Source: Eledone cirrhosa (lineage: Eukaryota). Taken from it: a DNA stretch of 64,000 nt. Below, piece by piece: positions 53,080 through 64,000 of the stretch. The stretch covers positions 192,944,001 to 193,008,000 of the forward strand of contig OZ024742.1 of NCBI GenBank assembly GCA_964016885.1, in the 5' to 3' direction. The stretch's first letter is position 1. Each line of letters opens with the position of its first letter. Both the position numbers and the translations under genes were made by a program. Under the pieces are notes generated by a model. It saw nothing but the letters and a program-made list of their open reading frames with translations. It was not told the origin of the DNA and made no database searches.

Positions 53080-53487
53080 GTACTCACAAACCACAAACAT
53101 AATAATGTTCTACACAGCATATGTTCACGCTCACTCACACGCATACACATATATGTACATATAAATTTATGCTTATATACATATACACATATACATACGC
53201 AAATACACTCATACGTATATATAACATAATACAATTTGTCAGAAGGGCAACGATGGTTGCAAAACACTGTACGGCTTAATTCGGGATGTTTGTTTACAAA
53301 CAACCCGAGCATTATAATAAATGTTCGGTAAATCCATACGTACATATATATATATGTATGCATGTATGTATATATATGCATACTACTGTACGTCTGTATA
53401 TATATATCTATGTACGTATACAGACTTATATTTAAGTAATAGTCGTACTAAGAGGGAGAAATGAAATTTCGTTTCATTTTTTCCGTT

Positions 53488-53572
<85 letters not shown>

Positions 53573-53662
53573 ATATATATATATATATATACATTATGAA
53601 GAGAGAAGAATGCGGATGCATTCATGTATATATGTGTGTGTCCGCATGTATCTGTGTGTTTC

Positions 53663-53742
<80 letters not shown>

Positions 53743-53855
53743 TAAGAGGAATTCCAACTTTGTTTGATTTACTCGTTTTATTTACAATCCTTTAAAATTT
53801 ATAATGGTATTATAATGAAATAGTATGATAGAATATTAAATTCTAAGTGTTAATT

Positions 53856-53892
53856 GAACAAGTATTTTCATGCTTTCGCAATCTTCAGGTTC
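53856..53892 (-). ncRNA. Minimal hammerhead in solo pLTR 53740-53920
   Basis: GAAC-CTGAAGA-t TGC gaaa GCA t-GAAA-atac-TT-GTTC. Confidence 0.7.
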
Positions 53893-54038
53893 ATAATATG
53901 TGGTGACAGTCAAGTTTGCAATATATATATGAATATATATATGAATATATATATGTGTGTGTGTACATATATATATTCATATATGTATATATATATATAA
54001 TAATAATAATAAAATGTGGAGAAGGAGAACACGAGTTA

Positions 54039-54102
<64 letters not shown>

Positions 54103-54283
54103 ACGGAGAAAAAGACGATTATTAGGAATAAAAATATATATTTTTTATTTTTATTTTTTTTCTCTTTTTTCTGTTTTGGAAAATGATTAAAACAAAATAT
54201 TTTACTTTGTGTGAAGTGTTAAGGTATTAGGTAATTTAATTATTAATTAACAATGGCATTTATTTATATATTTACTAATTGTG

Positions 54284-54321
54284 TCTTACCGGTTTCAGCA
54301 TTTTGATGCATTATCAAATGA
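54284..54321 (-). ncRNA. Hammerhead-like motif, U3-A8 core
   Basis: TTGATAA-t GCAT caaa ATGC t-GAAA-CCGG-TA; stem I weak. Confidence 0.45.
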
Positions 54322-54354
54322 TAATATGTATTGGTGTAAAATAGTGGTGTTGTG

Positions 54355-54398
54355 CTTTTGAAAAGTAGTTCTACCCAAGAACTGCGAAACCGGTAAAG
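54355..54398 (+). ncRNA. Hammerhead, U3-A8 core variant
   Basis: CTT-TTGAAAA-GTAGTTCT accca AGAACTGC-GAAA-CCGG-TA-AAG. Confidence 0.65.
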
Positions 54399-54516
54399 GA
54401 ACTAAATAAATATTCTTAAAAAGACCCCAGTTGCATTTTCGATTTCATCTTTTTCCTGATATTTTCACTCGTGTAGGACATCTCGTTTGTTTTTCGTTTT
54501 GTAAAAATAAACCCTC

Positions 54517-54625
<109 letters not shown>

Positions 54626-54791
54626 ATATATAAAAATATATATGTATCCAATATATAGAATCTTCCTTGTTAATTTCTCCCGTAGATGATCTCTCCTGTA
54701 GAAGCCATTTCTATATTAAATATTTATACTCTGCTATGTATTGAGCACCTTACATACTGTGGTTATCCTCGATTGAGCGTGGGATATACAT

Positions 54792-54825
<34 letters not shown>

Positions 54826-54974
54826 CTATCTATATATTTATATATATATATGCACACGCTCATACAACATACACATATTACAAATATACGCAGATATATA
54901 TCGATACTTATGGAGAAAAGTACTCATACAAGAGTTAAGGGATATATCTTTAAAAGTAGCGAGCAACCATATAA

Positions 54975-55158
54975 TAATTATTTCTACTTTTGGCACAAGG
55001 CCAGCAATTACCCAGTGCATTACTGGTATTTTATTTTATCGACCCCGTAAGGATGAAGGGCAAAGTAATCACGGCGGGATTTGAACTCAGAATGGCAAGG
55101 GCCGTAACTCTATGTGTCAAAGCATAGCATCCGACTCTCTACCGATATTGCCAATCCA
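54975..55158 (-). mobile_element. SINE family A
   Basis: Similar to 50105-50290. Confidence 0.85.
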
Positions 55159-55981
55159 AGAAAAGCGAGGTAGTAAGTGGGGTAAGATTCTTTGAATGAA
55201 GTGTCTAAAAATCTATTTTATCAGACTGCTATAAATGAAAGGATATATTAGGCCACAATTAAGTAGGTAAAAAGATATATAAAAATAAAAATAAAAATAA
55301 ATTGACATAAGATACTATCAAATGGTGGTAGAACAAGAGCAAAGTATGTGGATAAAGAAAAATAGGCTCGAATCTAATGCTAATCAAAGAGAAAAAAAGT
55401 TAAATATGCAGCCCGAGGGTTATAGAGGAAATACAATAGGAATAAGCTATTTAGACAACAGAAAGGAAAGATGCTAATCTGGGTGGTACCTGGCAAAAGT
55501 ATGTAGACTACTATGTTGGAAATGAATAATTCTGTCTTGAGAGGTTAACAGATCAGATCCAGACATAATTTCCATAACCTCCACCACACAAAGGTCAGAA
55601 GAGCGCCTTTAATTCTGGTATGGATGTGCAATCTTAACAGGGACCAAGAGAGAGTAATCTGTGTTGTTCCGTTTTAAGTCCCAGATTTTCTAAGCTGAGG
55701 GTTCTTAAATGAATATGAGTTCACATGCCATCTTTTTTTAATCCAACCTTTCTATTTGATTAATTGGCCCTGCTACGTCTGACATACGACGTATTAGTAA
55801 ATGTATTTTAGATTGCGTAATTTTGCATTGCAAATGAGAAATAAATTATATATTAAACTTCGAGACAACAAAAGAAGTAACAGACTGGTTCATTAAATTA
55901 GAAGACAAGACATCTTTAACATTTTTATATCAAAATAATTAGGTCTATCTTTGCGTGTCCAGTATTCATTATTAAATAATA

Positions 55982-56280
55982 GGGTGCTGGATTGGCAGTA
56001 TCGGTAGAGGGTCGGACGCCATGCTTTCCAGCATAGTTATGTCCCTTTACGGTCTGAGTTCAAATCCCGTCGAGTTTAACTTTGCCTTTCATCCTTACGG
56101 GGTCGATAAAATAAAGTACCAGTAATGCACTGGGTAATTGCTGGCCTTGTGCCAAATGTAGAAACAATTATTAAATAATTGAATTTGCCTTTCATCCTTA
56201 CGGGGTCGATAAAACAAAATACCAGTAATGCACTGGGTAATTACTGGCCTTTTGCCTAAAGTAGAAACAATTATTAAATA
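55982..56280 (+). mobile_element. SINE family A (55982-56170) with tandem 3'-half copy (56185-56275)
   Basis: A box 55993-56004, B box 56056-56067; ATTATTAAATAAT repeated before, between and after. Confidence 0.85.
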
Positions 56281-56529
56281 ATAATACTGAGAGTCTCGCG
56301 GCTAAAACTATGTCTACTCCGTCTCTAGTCAAATTTGTATTGTGCATAGCGAAAATAAGGACCTTATTAAGAAGGATAGGTGACATAGATAAATAGTAAT
56401 CATCTATATCAAATTGAATAACTTTTGGATCGCTTGAATCGGCTTTATCCTCACGACGTTACATCGTAACATCCAGGCATTCGCATCCTATCATCTGCAA
56501 CTATAACCCCCCCCCACAGATATATCTAT

Positions 56530-56865
56530 CTAAGGCGGGTAAAATTCCCGAGATCCATGGACGAGTTCTCTCCAGCGGTCTGTGTCCCTCATTATCGCTG
56601 CCATGTCCTGCGTCTCCAACAGACCAGTGTCTGTCCTTAGGGCATCAACATACGTTAACCTTGGTCTTCCTCTTCTAGTGTGTCCATGTAGGGGCTCCCA
56701 AAGGAGTACTGAGTGCAATGTCAACTCTGGATATCGGTGAGCATGTCCAGCTAACCTCAGTCTCCTCTGTGTCATTTTTGAGCTGACTTTTGGGATGCTC
56801 CCATACAGCTCTGAGTTTTTCATCCTCAGTGTATACTGATTAATGTTCAGAGCCATCCTCAGCAT
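56530..56865 (-). mobile_element. RTE-clade LINE 3' fragment
   Basis: MLRMALN..N.ELYG..RRLRLAGH..LLWEP.HG..RRGRP..TYVD. Confidence 0.8.
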
Positions 56866-58049
56866 ATATATATATATATATATATATCTATTACGTAAGT
56901 TATTGCGTGGTTCTCTTGGATAATAGATAGTGATTTTAAAGATAGATGGAGAAAGCCTACACTATTTCTAAACAAAATATTCACCTTTGTTGGTATGTGT
57001 GTGTTGTATGTTATGTCTTTATATAGGTTCAGTATGTAACCAATCTCTTTCTTTGTTCCTTTGGAGAAATGTTATCTTTGATGATGAGACAATGTACTCT
57101 CGTCATCTGTAATCATGCTGTGGATTGTTCCTTGTAACCAAATATCGATACCGGGAGAGCTCCAGCAGGCTATTGATATTATTTACAATGCATGATTTTT
57201 CTTTGCAATCGAATATTTTATATTTGAAGAAGCTTCTTGAATTCTGACAAATTTCTTTTTTGTCTGCTTTTTTAGCCATATATCTTTGTGAGAACGTTTA
57301 CACAACGTGATTTACAAATTATGCCGTAGCATTTTCTAGTAATCTATTATTTCTCTCATCATGCGGAATTGTAAAATATTTTTTGTATTCATTTCAAAAT
57401 ATTGTTTTTCAAAATTAAAATGAGAAGACGAAAAAGTATAGAAAAAAAGGAGTGAAAGAAAAAATATAAAAATGTCGCTGAGTGGGAAGAAAGCAAACGT
57501 TACAGATTTGGCTGGACAACATATCTCGACTGAGCTCCAAGGTGTAGATGGTGAACGCATTCGTATAAGGAACAACCAGTGGTAACAGGGACATCAATTA
57601 TTTCACCTCACATACTCCTACATCGGTCATGATGACCTTGTCTTAACTATGTGATGAGATACGACCGATTGAGGATCAGGGACATAAAAGACAATGGAAA
57701 TCGGCACAAATAGGAAGACGTCAGTTAATGCCTCGTATTGAGTCAAACTTAAATTATTATGAAATTATAATTTATCAATTCGAAAAATATGAAATTAAGA
57801 ATTAAAGGAAGTATCATTTTATTGTATTAATGCATCAAAAGATAATTTAATTTCAGCTATTTTGTAGTTAAGAAAATATTTCGCAAAACAAAAAATAAAC
57901 GTTCACTCAGATATCTTTTGTTAGCGGTTGTCTCAAATATGAAGTATCCATTATATTATGTTATTTTTATGTTCGGATATCATAATATTTTCTGGTTCAA
58001 TGAAAGAGAAATATCTTACTGGAGTGAACACAGCAACAATCGAAGAGTG

Positions 58050-58180
<131 letters not shown>

Positions 58181-58362
58181 ACATACATATATATATATAT
58201 AGTAATTGTTTCTACTTTAGGCACAAGGCCAGCAATTACCCAGTGCATTACTGGTACTTTATTTTATCGACCCCGTAAGGATGAAAGGCAAAAGTAATAA
58301 TAATAAATGTGAAGACTAAAATCCAAAGAGGGCTCGATAAATATATATATATATATATATAT

Positions 58363-58568
58363 GAACAAGTATGACCCCGACGGCAGAGCTCAAGCCGTTT
58401 CGACGGCTAATTCTGGACAGCTAACTGAGACCAGAATTAGCCGTCGAAACGGCTTGAGCTCTACCGTAGGGGTCTTATTTGTTCCTATTACCCCCCCACT
58501 CAACTACTCTAAGTATTGAGTACTTTGGTGCGTTATGGTCCATCTGGTTCCTTCCCACAATTTCTTCG

Positions 58569-58572
<4 letters not shown>
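58363..58572. repeat. Fold-back palindrome (58363-58484) plus tail in (TA)n; preceded by a SINE 3' half (58203-58295)
   Basis: Same family as 36618-36822. Confidence 0.75.
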
Positions 58573-58607
<35 letters not shown>

Positions 58608-58661
58608 TGAGGATTAATATATACGGGATTTGAATCACGTAATAATAATAATAATAATAAT

Positions 58662-59400
58662 GATTGTTTTATTGGCCACAAGGGCTGCGCAAGAGCAGGC
58701 CCTCAAAAAGAAGTGGCTGAAACACCATATTTACAAGGATGAGGATAGCCCACTGTGCAGGATCTGTGGTGAGAGAGAGAGGATACTGTGGCTCAGATTG
58801 TATCCGAGTGTAAACACCTAGCCCAGACTCACTATAAATGCTGGAGACATGATGTGATGGGCAGGGTGATCCACTGGCACCTATGCAAATTTACCACATT
58901 CTGAGAAGTGGTATGAGCATAAGCCAGAGGCGGTGATAGAAAACTATCAGGTGAAGGTGCTATGGGATTTGAGGATACAGACGGACAAGAAACTGGAACA
59001 CAATAGACCTGACCTGGTGGTTTTGGACAAGGAAAAAAGATCGTGCCTGATTGTGGATGTGGCCTGCCCATTCGACACGAGAGTGCAAGAGAATAAGAGG
59101 GAGAAAATATCCGATACCAGGACTTAAAGTGGGAGGTAAAAATGATTTGGAACTGCCATGAAGTCAAAGTGGTCCCGATTGTCATAGGCACACTAGGTAC
59201 TATCTCAAAAAGTTTCCAGGGATGGTTAAAGAAAATTGGCCCCTTCACGCTTTTTGGAACACTTCAAAAAGCATGCTTGCTGGGAACAGCAAGAACCCTC
59301 CGATACGTCCTTAATATTTGAGGCTGCGGTACTTGCTTGATATTCATTTCAACAAATTTTCCAGTTAACTAACATCAATGTCTGTGACTCAAAGAACAAT
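58662..59400 (+). mobile_element. 5'-truncated R4/Dong-type LINE (CCHC knuckle + restriction-like endonuclease), frameshifted
   Basis: AAQEQAL..CRICG, VLWD..IQTD....HNRPDLVV..LIVDVACP, VVPIVIGTLG, LLGTAR.LR; (TAA)n on both sides. Confidence 0.85.
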
Positions 59401-59430
59401 AAAAATAATAATAATAATAATAATAATAAT

Positions 59431-62241
59431 TTTAACAAACTATAAAGTAGGTGAACATGTTAAACAAACTAAACTTAGAAAATTGAAAAAAAAGTACAGT
59501 ATAAAATCAACAAGTGACATAGACATGCTGATAGAAATAATCAAGCAAAAAGTGTCGGCCAAAGCTGCTCGTATAAGGCGCTTTGAAAAACGATCTAGAT
59601 TCTATAAGGACAATAATATGTTCAAAAACAACCAAAGAAACTTCTACAGAAAAGTTGGCAAGTCAACAATAACTGCTAAATCAATACCACCCAAGGAGGA
59701 AGTGTAAGAATTCTGGGAAAAGATCTGGGCCGAAGAAAAAGTTCATAACATACATGCCCCATGGATAGACAGATAAATGAAAGATACAGCTCACCTTGAG
59801 GAACAAATATGGGAAAATATAACAGTTGAACAGTTGCGCTTGTCTCTAAGAAAAACCAGCAAATGGAAATCCCCAGGAAAAGACAAAATACAAAATGAGT
59901 CTCATGAGCTGTTAGCCCAACTTTACAATGAAATAGTTAAGGAGCCAGAAAAGATACCATCATGGCTAGTTAATGGCATTACATTCCTGCTTCCGAAGAA
60001 TTATGAGACAAACAATCCCCCAAATTACAGACCGATAACTTGCTTGACCACAATGTATACAATTTTAACATCAGTCCTAACTGAATACACATATGACCAC
60101 CTGATAACAAATGACCTATTTCCCATTGAGCTGAAAGGGTGTAAACGAGGCTCATATGGCTGTAAGGATCAGCTTCTGGTTAACAAAATGATACTGGAAG
60201 ATTGTCATAATAGACACAAAAATCTATCGATTGCTTGGATAGATTATAAAAAAGCATTCGATAGTTTGCCACACAGTTGGATTGAAAAATGTTTAGAGAT
60301 TTTCAAAATATCCCCCGTTGTCAGGAGGTTTTTGTCATGCAGTATGAAGACATGGAAAACGACACTCCTTTTGAATAGTGAAACAAAATCACTGGAAGCT
60401 GGAGAAGTTAATATTAATTGGGGAATTTTTCAGCGTGACTCTTTATCACCGCTTTTATTCTGCATCGCAATTATACCATTAAGTAAAATGCTCAATGAAA
60501 CAAAACATGGATATAAAGTCTATGACAAAACCATTAATCACTTGTTCTACATGGATGACCTGAAACTATTTGCAAAAAATGATGAACAATTGCAAGGGCT
60601 ATTATCCACTGTGAAGCAGTTCAGTGATGACATTAAAATGGAGTTTGGACTAGATAAATACGCCAAAGCAACGTTCACCAGAGGAAAGCTGCTGAGGAGT
60701 TCAGACATTAATCTTGATCGGGGGAACGTGATAAGAGAACTTGATCAAGAAAAAACTTACAAATATCTAGGTGTTTGTGAAGGAGACGGAATCAAGCACT
60801 CGACAATGAGGGAAAAGATAAGGAAAGAATGTTACCGCAGAGTAAGAGCAATCTTAAGAACGGAATTGAATGCAAGGAATAGGATCGATGCCATAAACAC
60901 GCTTGCCATACCAGTAGTAACATACAGTTACAATGTCATCAACTGGTCAAGCACAGAGATCCGTAGGCTCGATAAAAAAATTCGAAACTCTTAACCATGC
61001 ACAGAATGCATCACCCTAAGGCAGATATAGATAGAATATATCTCCCTAGGAAAGAAGGAGGACGTGGGTTAATCCAGTTAGACATTGCGTTGAAAACTGC
61101 GACAATTGGATTATCTACATATCTAAGGGAATCACATGATTGGATGATCAAACTCGTTTTGAAACACGAAAGCATCAAAAGATCATATTCCATTACAAAC
61201 GATGGACAGAGATACAGTAATGGACTACAAATTTCAGAAGTCCCATTTACTGCTGAAATGGAAAACACAGAAAAAGCAAAGCAGGTAAAAGTAACTGCAA
61301 AGAAAGAACTGCTACAGATACTGGCTAAGAAATGGCAACAAAAGCCTCTGTATGGAAAATACCCAGAGCGAGCTAACAATCCTGATGTTGACAAAACTTT
61401 AACCCATCAGTGGTGGCATCCTCTGGACTGAAATCGGAGACTGAAGGAGTGATTATATCAGCACAAGATCAGTGTCTGCCAACAAAAAATTACCAAGCCA
61501 ACATAATAAAAAATGGATGCAGCCCATTATGCCGTGTATGCAAAAAACAACCAGAGACCATTGACCATATAATTTCAATGTGCAGTCCTATAGCTCCAAC
61601 CGAATACCTAAACAGGCATGACAGAGCTGCACAATACATACATTGGATAATGTGTAAGCATTTTGACCTGCCCCATCAAAAGAATTGGTGGGAGCCTCAA
61701 CCACCTCCCATACTTGAAAAAGATCACATCTCAATCTTGTGGAACTTTAGCATCCAAACAGAGCGAAAAATAGATACAAATAGACCTGATATAATATTGA
61801 AGGACTTTAAAAAGAGGGTATGCCTGCTAATTGATATGTCTGTTCCAATAGACAAGAATGTATCTATAAAAACATTTGAAAAATTGAGCAAGTATAAGGA
61901 CCTGGAGATAGAAATTGGAAAAATGTGGAAATTGAGAACTAAAACAATACCAGTGGTTGTATGCGCTCTGGGAATGATACCTAAGGGGTCTACTGATTAC
62001 TTATCGCAAATCCCAGGAAACCCGCGTAATGGAGAAATACAAAAGATAGTACTAATGGGAACTGCCCATATACTAAGGAAGATTCTGTCAATATAAGTAC
62101 ATCACAAGTCTAAACACTAAAGATGCATGTGTGAGTATGTATGTTCTTTCTTGAACATGGCGGACCTTGTTGTCTCTTGAGGTCACTGGTTGTGACTTGG
62201 TGATAACTCGTATGAACATAAAGCAAGATAAATGCAACTGT
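59431..62241 (+). mobile_element. 5'-truncated R4/Dong-type LINE pseudogene (RT + CCHC + RLE)
   Basis: WKSPGKD, NYRPITCL, AWIDYKKAFDS, GIFQRDSLSPLLF, HLFYMDD, CRVC....ETIDHI...C, RPDII..LIDMSVP..K..KYKDL. Stop at 59705 and frameshifts near 60990 and 61415. Flanked by (TAA)n. Confidence 0.92.
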
Positions 62242-62261
62242 AATAATAATAATAATAATAA

Positions 62262-62452
62262 TAATTGTTTCTACTTTTGGCACAAGGCCAGTAATTACCC
62301 AGTGCATTACTAGTACTTTATTTTATCGACCCCGTAAGGATGAAAGGCAAAGTAAACCTCGGCGGGATTTGTACTCAGAATGGCAAGGACCGTAACTCTA
62401 TGCGTCAAAGCATGGCGTCCGACCCTCTACCGATACTGCCAATCCACCGCCT
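62262..62452 (-). mobile_element. SINE family A, full length, (TAA)n at both sides
   Basis: Similar to 55982-56170 in reverse. Confidence 0.85.
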
Positions 62453-62505
<53 letters not shown>

Positions 62506-63269
62506 CTAATAATATTCTGTATCATATTACATTCATGACCATTTTCTTCTCAAATCCTGATCTAATTTATTAGCTAAGTTGTTGTGTTTGTTGTCTAGTC
62601 TCACTCTTCAGTTTTAATAGATTGGATGTAAGATCAAAATCATTGCATACATTACCGTCACATAATCCTTTCATATATAGTATATCCCGGTTGAATATCT
62701 ACATTTTCTTTTTTTAAAGATAATACGTTTGTAGCTCGAGGGTTTTTTTCATGCATGTTGTGGTTGATTAAACCACAAAAAATATCTATCGTTAGTTTAG
62801 CGCAATATTGGATTGTTTAAATCTTTCTTTTAATTTTGATTTTCATATCACCATCTTGTTTTTATAAATAGATGTTTGCATTGATTCACACTGATATACA
62901 CATATTGGGCCATATTAATATATTTACTTGTGTGGGGAAACTGTATCGACCAAACCGTACAGAAAATTATGTCGTTACTCAGTTAGGCATAAATGTATAA
63001 TCTACCATATATAGTACCGAGTTAGATGTGTCACTTGAAATAGAACCATTACCCTGGTGAGTCATATCGATTTCGCCAAAATAGATTTCTAGTGGTGTGT
63101 GTAATATATGAACAATCATCGTCAATTTTACTTAGGTTAAAATCAAAGTTCTTCAGAAAATATTTATGTTTATGGTATGACTGAATATAAATCATTACAA
63201 TCTCACTATTTCTTTGATAACAATATCTTTTGAAAAATGCTGTTTCATAGCGATGTTATATTCTTATTT

Positions 63270-64000
63270 CTACACTGTCCCGCATTACGTCTTATGCTAA
63301 ATACTACGTTCCAAGTTTTACAGATAGTTTGCAACCTTAGCTTGCAGACTATACATTTCCTATCAGCGCAGAGGCATGTTTGAAATGCGTATGTTTTACT
63401 AATTAAGGTGTTTATGGAAATACCTGGTCTTTGAACTATCTTAATATTTAGTTTGAGCTTGTCTAGGGTCTTTTTAAATCTGTAAGCTAGTTCGCCTATA
63501 GAGGTGTGTTGACGAACATTACAGCCTGGTATCTATTGCTATCATACCATGAGTTGATTTTATTTGCCTTATTCCTAATAATTTCTAGTCTGTTCCAATA
63601 TGTGCTACTATACATAGAGCAAGTTCCATTTGCATGATATTCTATGTAATATATATAGGTGAAACAGCTCGTAGCATAGGACAAAGGATAAATGGAAACT
63701 GGCGAGAACTCCAGGATGGAAAGAAATCATCAGTACTCCACCAAAAGAGAACATAGGCGCAAATTAAACAACATAGATATAAAAATTATATCCACACATA
63801 AAATATTCAATACTCAGACAAATCAAAGAGGTGAAATACATAAATGAACTCCAACCAAAATTAGACAGAAAACATGAGTGGAATAGCAACATCACAACTA
63901 ATAATTAAGGACAAAATGAAGACATACAGGCACACACAAAAACCAAACTAACGAAACAAATGAGACACACACAAATAGAACAAACAAACAACTAGTGACA
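63270..64000. mobile_element. MTLPKYN-family PLE fragment with internal inversion: 63270-63640(-) linker, 63645-64000(+) EN and 3' UTR
   Basis: Minus SWYDSNRYQAVMFVNTP; plus YIGETARSIGQRI. Confidence 0.75.

Noticed and set aside
55982-56070. tRNA gene
   Set aside because: A/B boxes belong to a repeated SINE head with no cloverleaf

Overview
AT-rich, microsatellite-laden animal genomic DNA, probably an octopus (inferred from the SINE family and the (TA)n/(CA)n load, not verified). The window is dominated by Penelope-like retroelements (PLEs; RT plus GIY-YIG endonuclease) of at least three clades: a near-intact Nematis-like element with an Asn-rich insert (1-4569), a full-length Neptune-like element between direct pseudo-LTRs (4744-9880) and a Naiad-like element (24030-27172), plus many solo or inverted pLTR remnants. 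R4/Dong LINEs sit in (TAA)n, with RTE fragments and tRNA-derived SINEs. Three exons of an M13 (neprilysin/ECE-like) peptidase gene on + (35521-35746, 39914-40003, 51993-52132) are largely missed by the ORF track. By eye I find about 25 type-I hammerhead ribozyme (HHR) motifs. These include a family with a compensated U3-A8 core and three with long structured stem-II insertions. About ten fold-back palindromic mini-elements are embedded in (TA)n, and two cases look like inverted duplication of flanking target DNA. All calls are by eye; nothing was searched or folded computationally.
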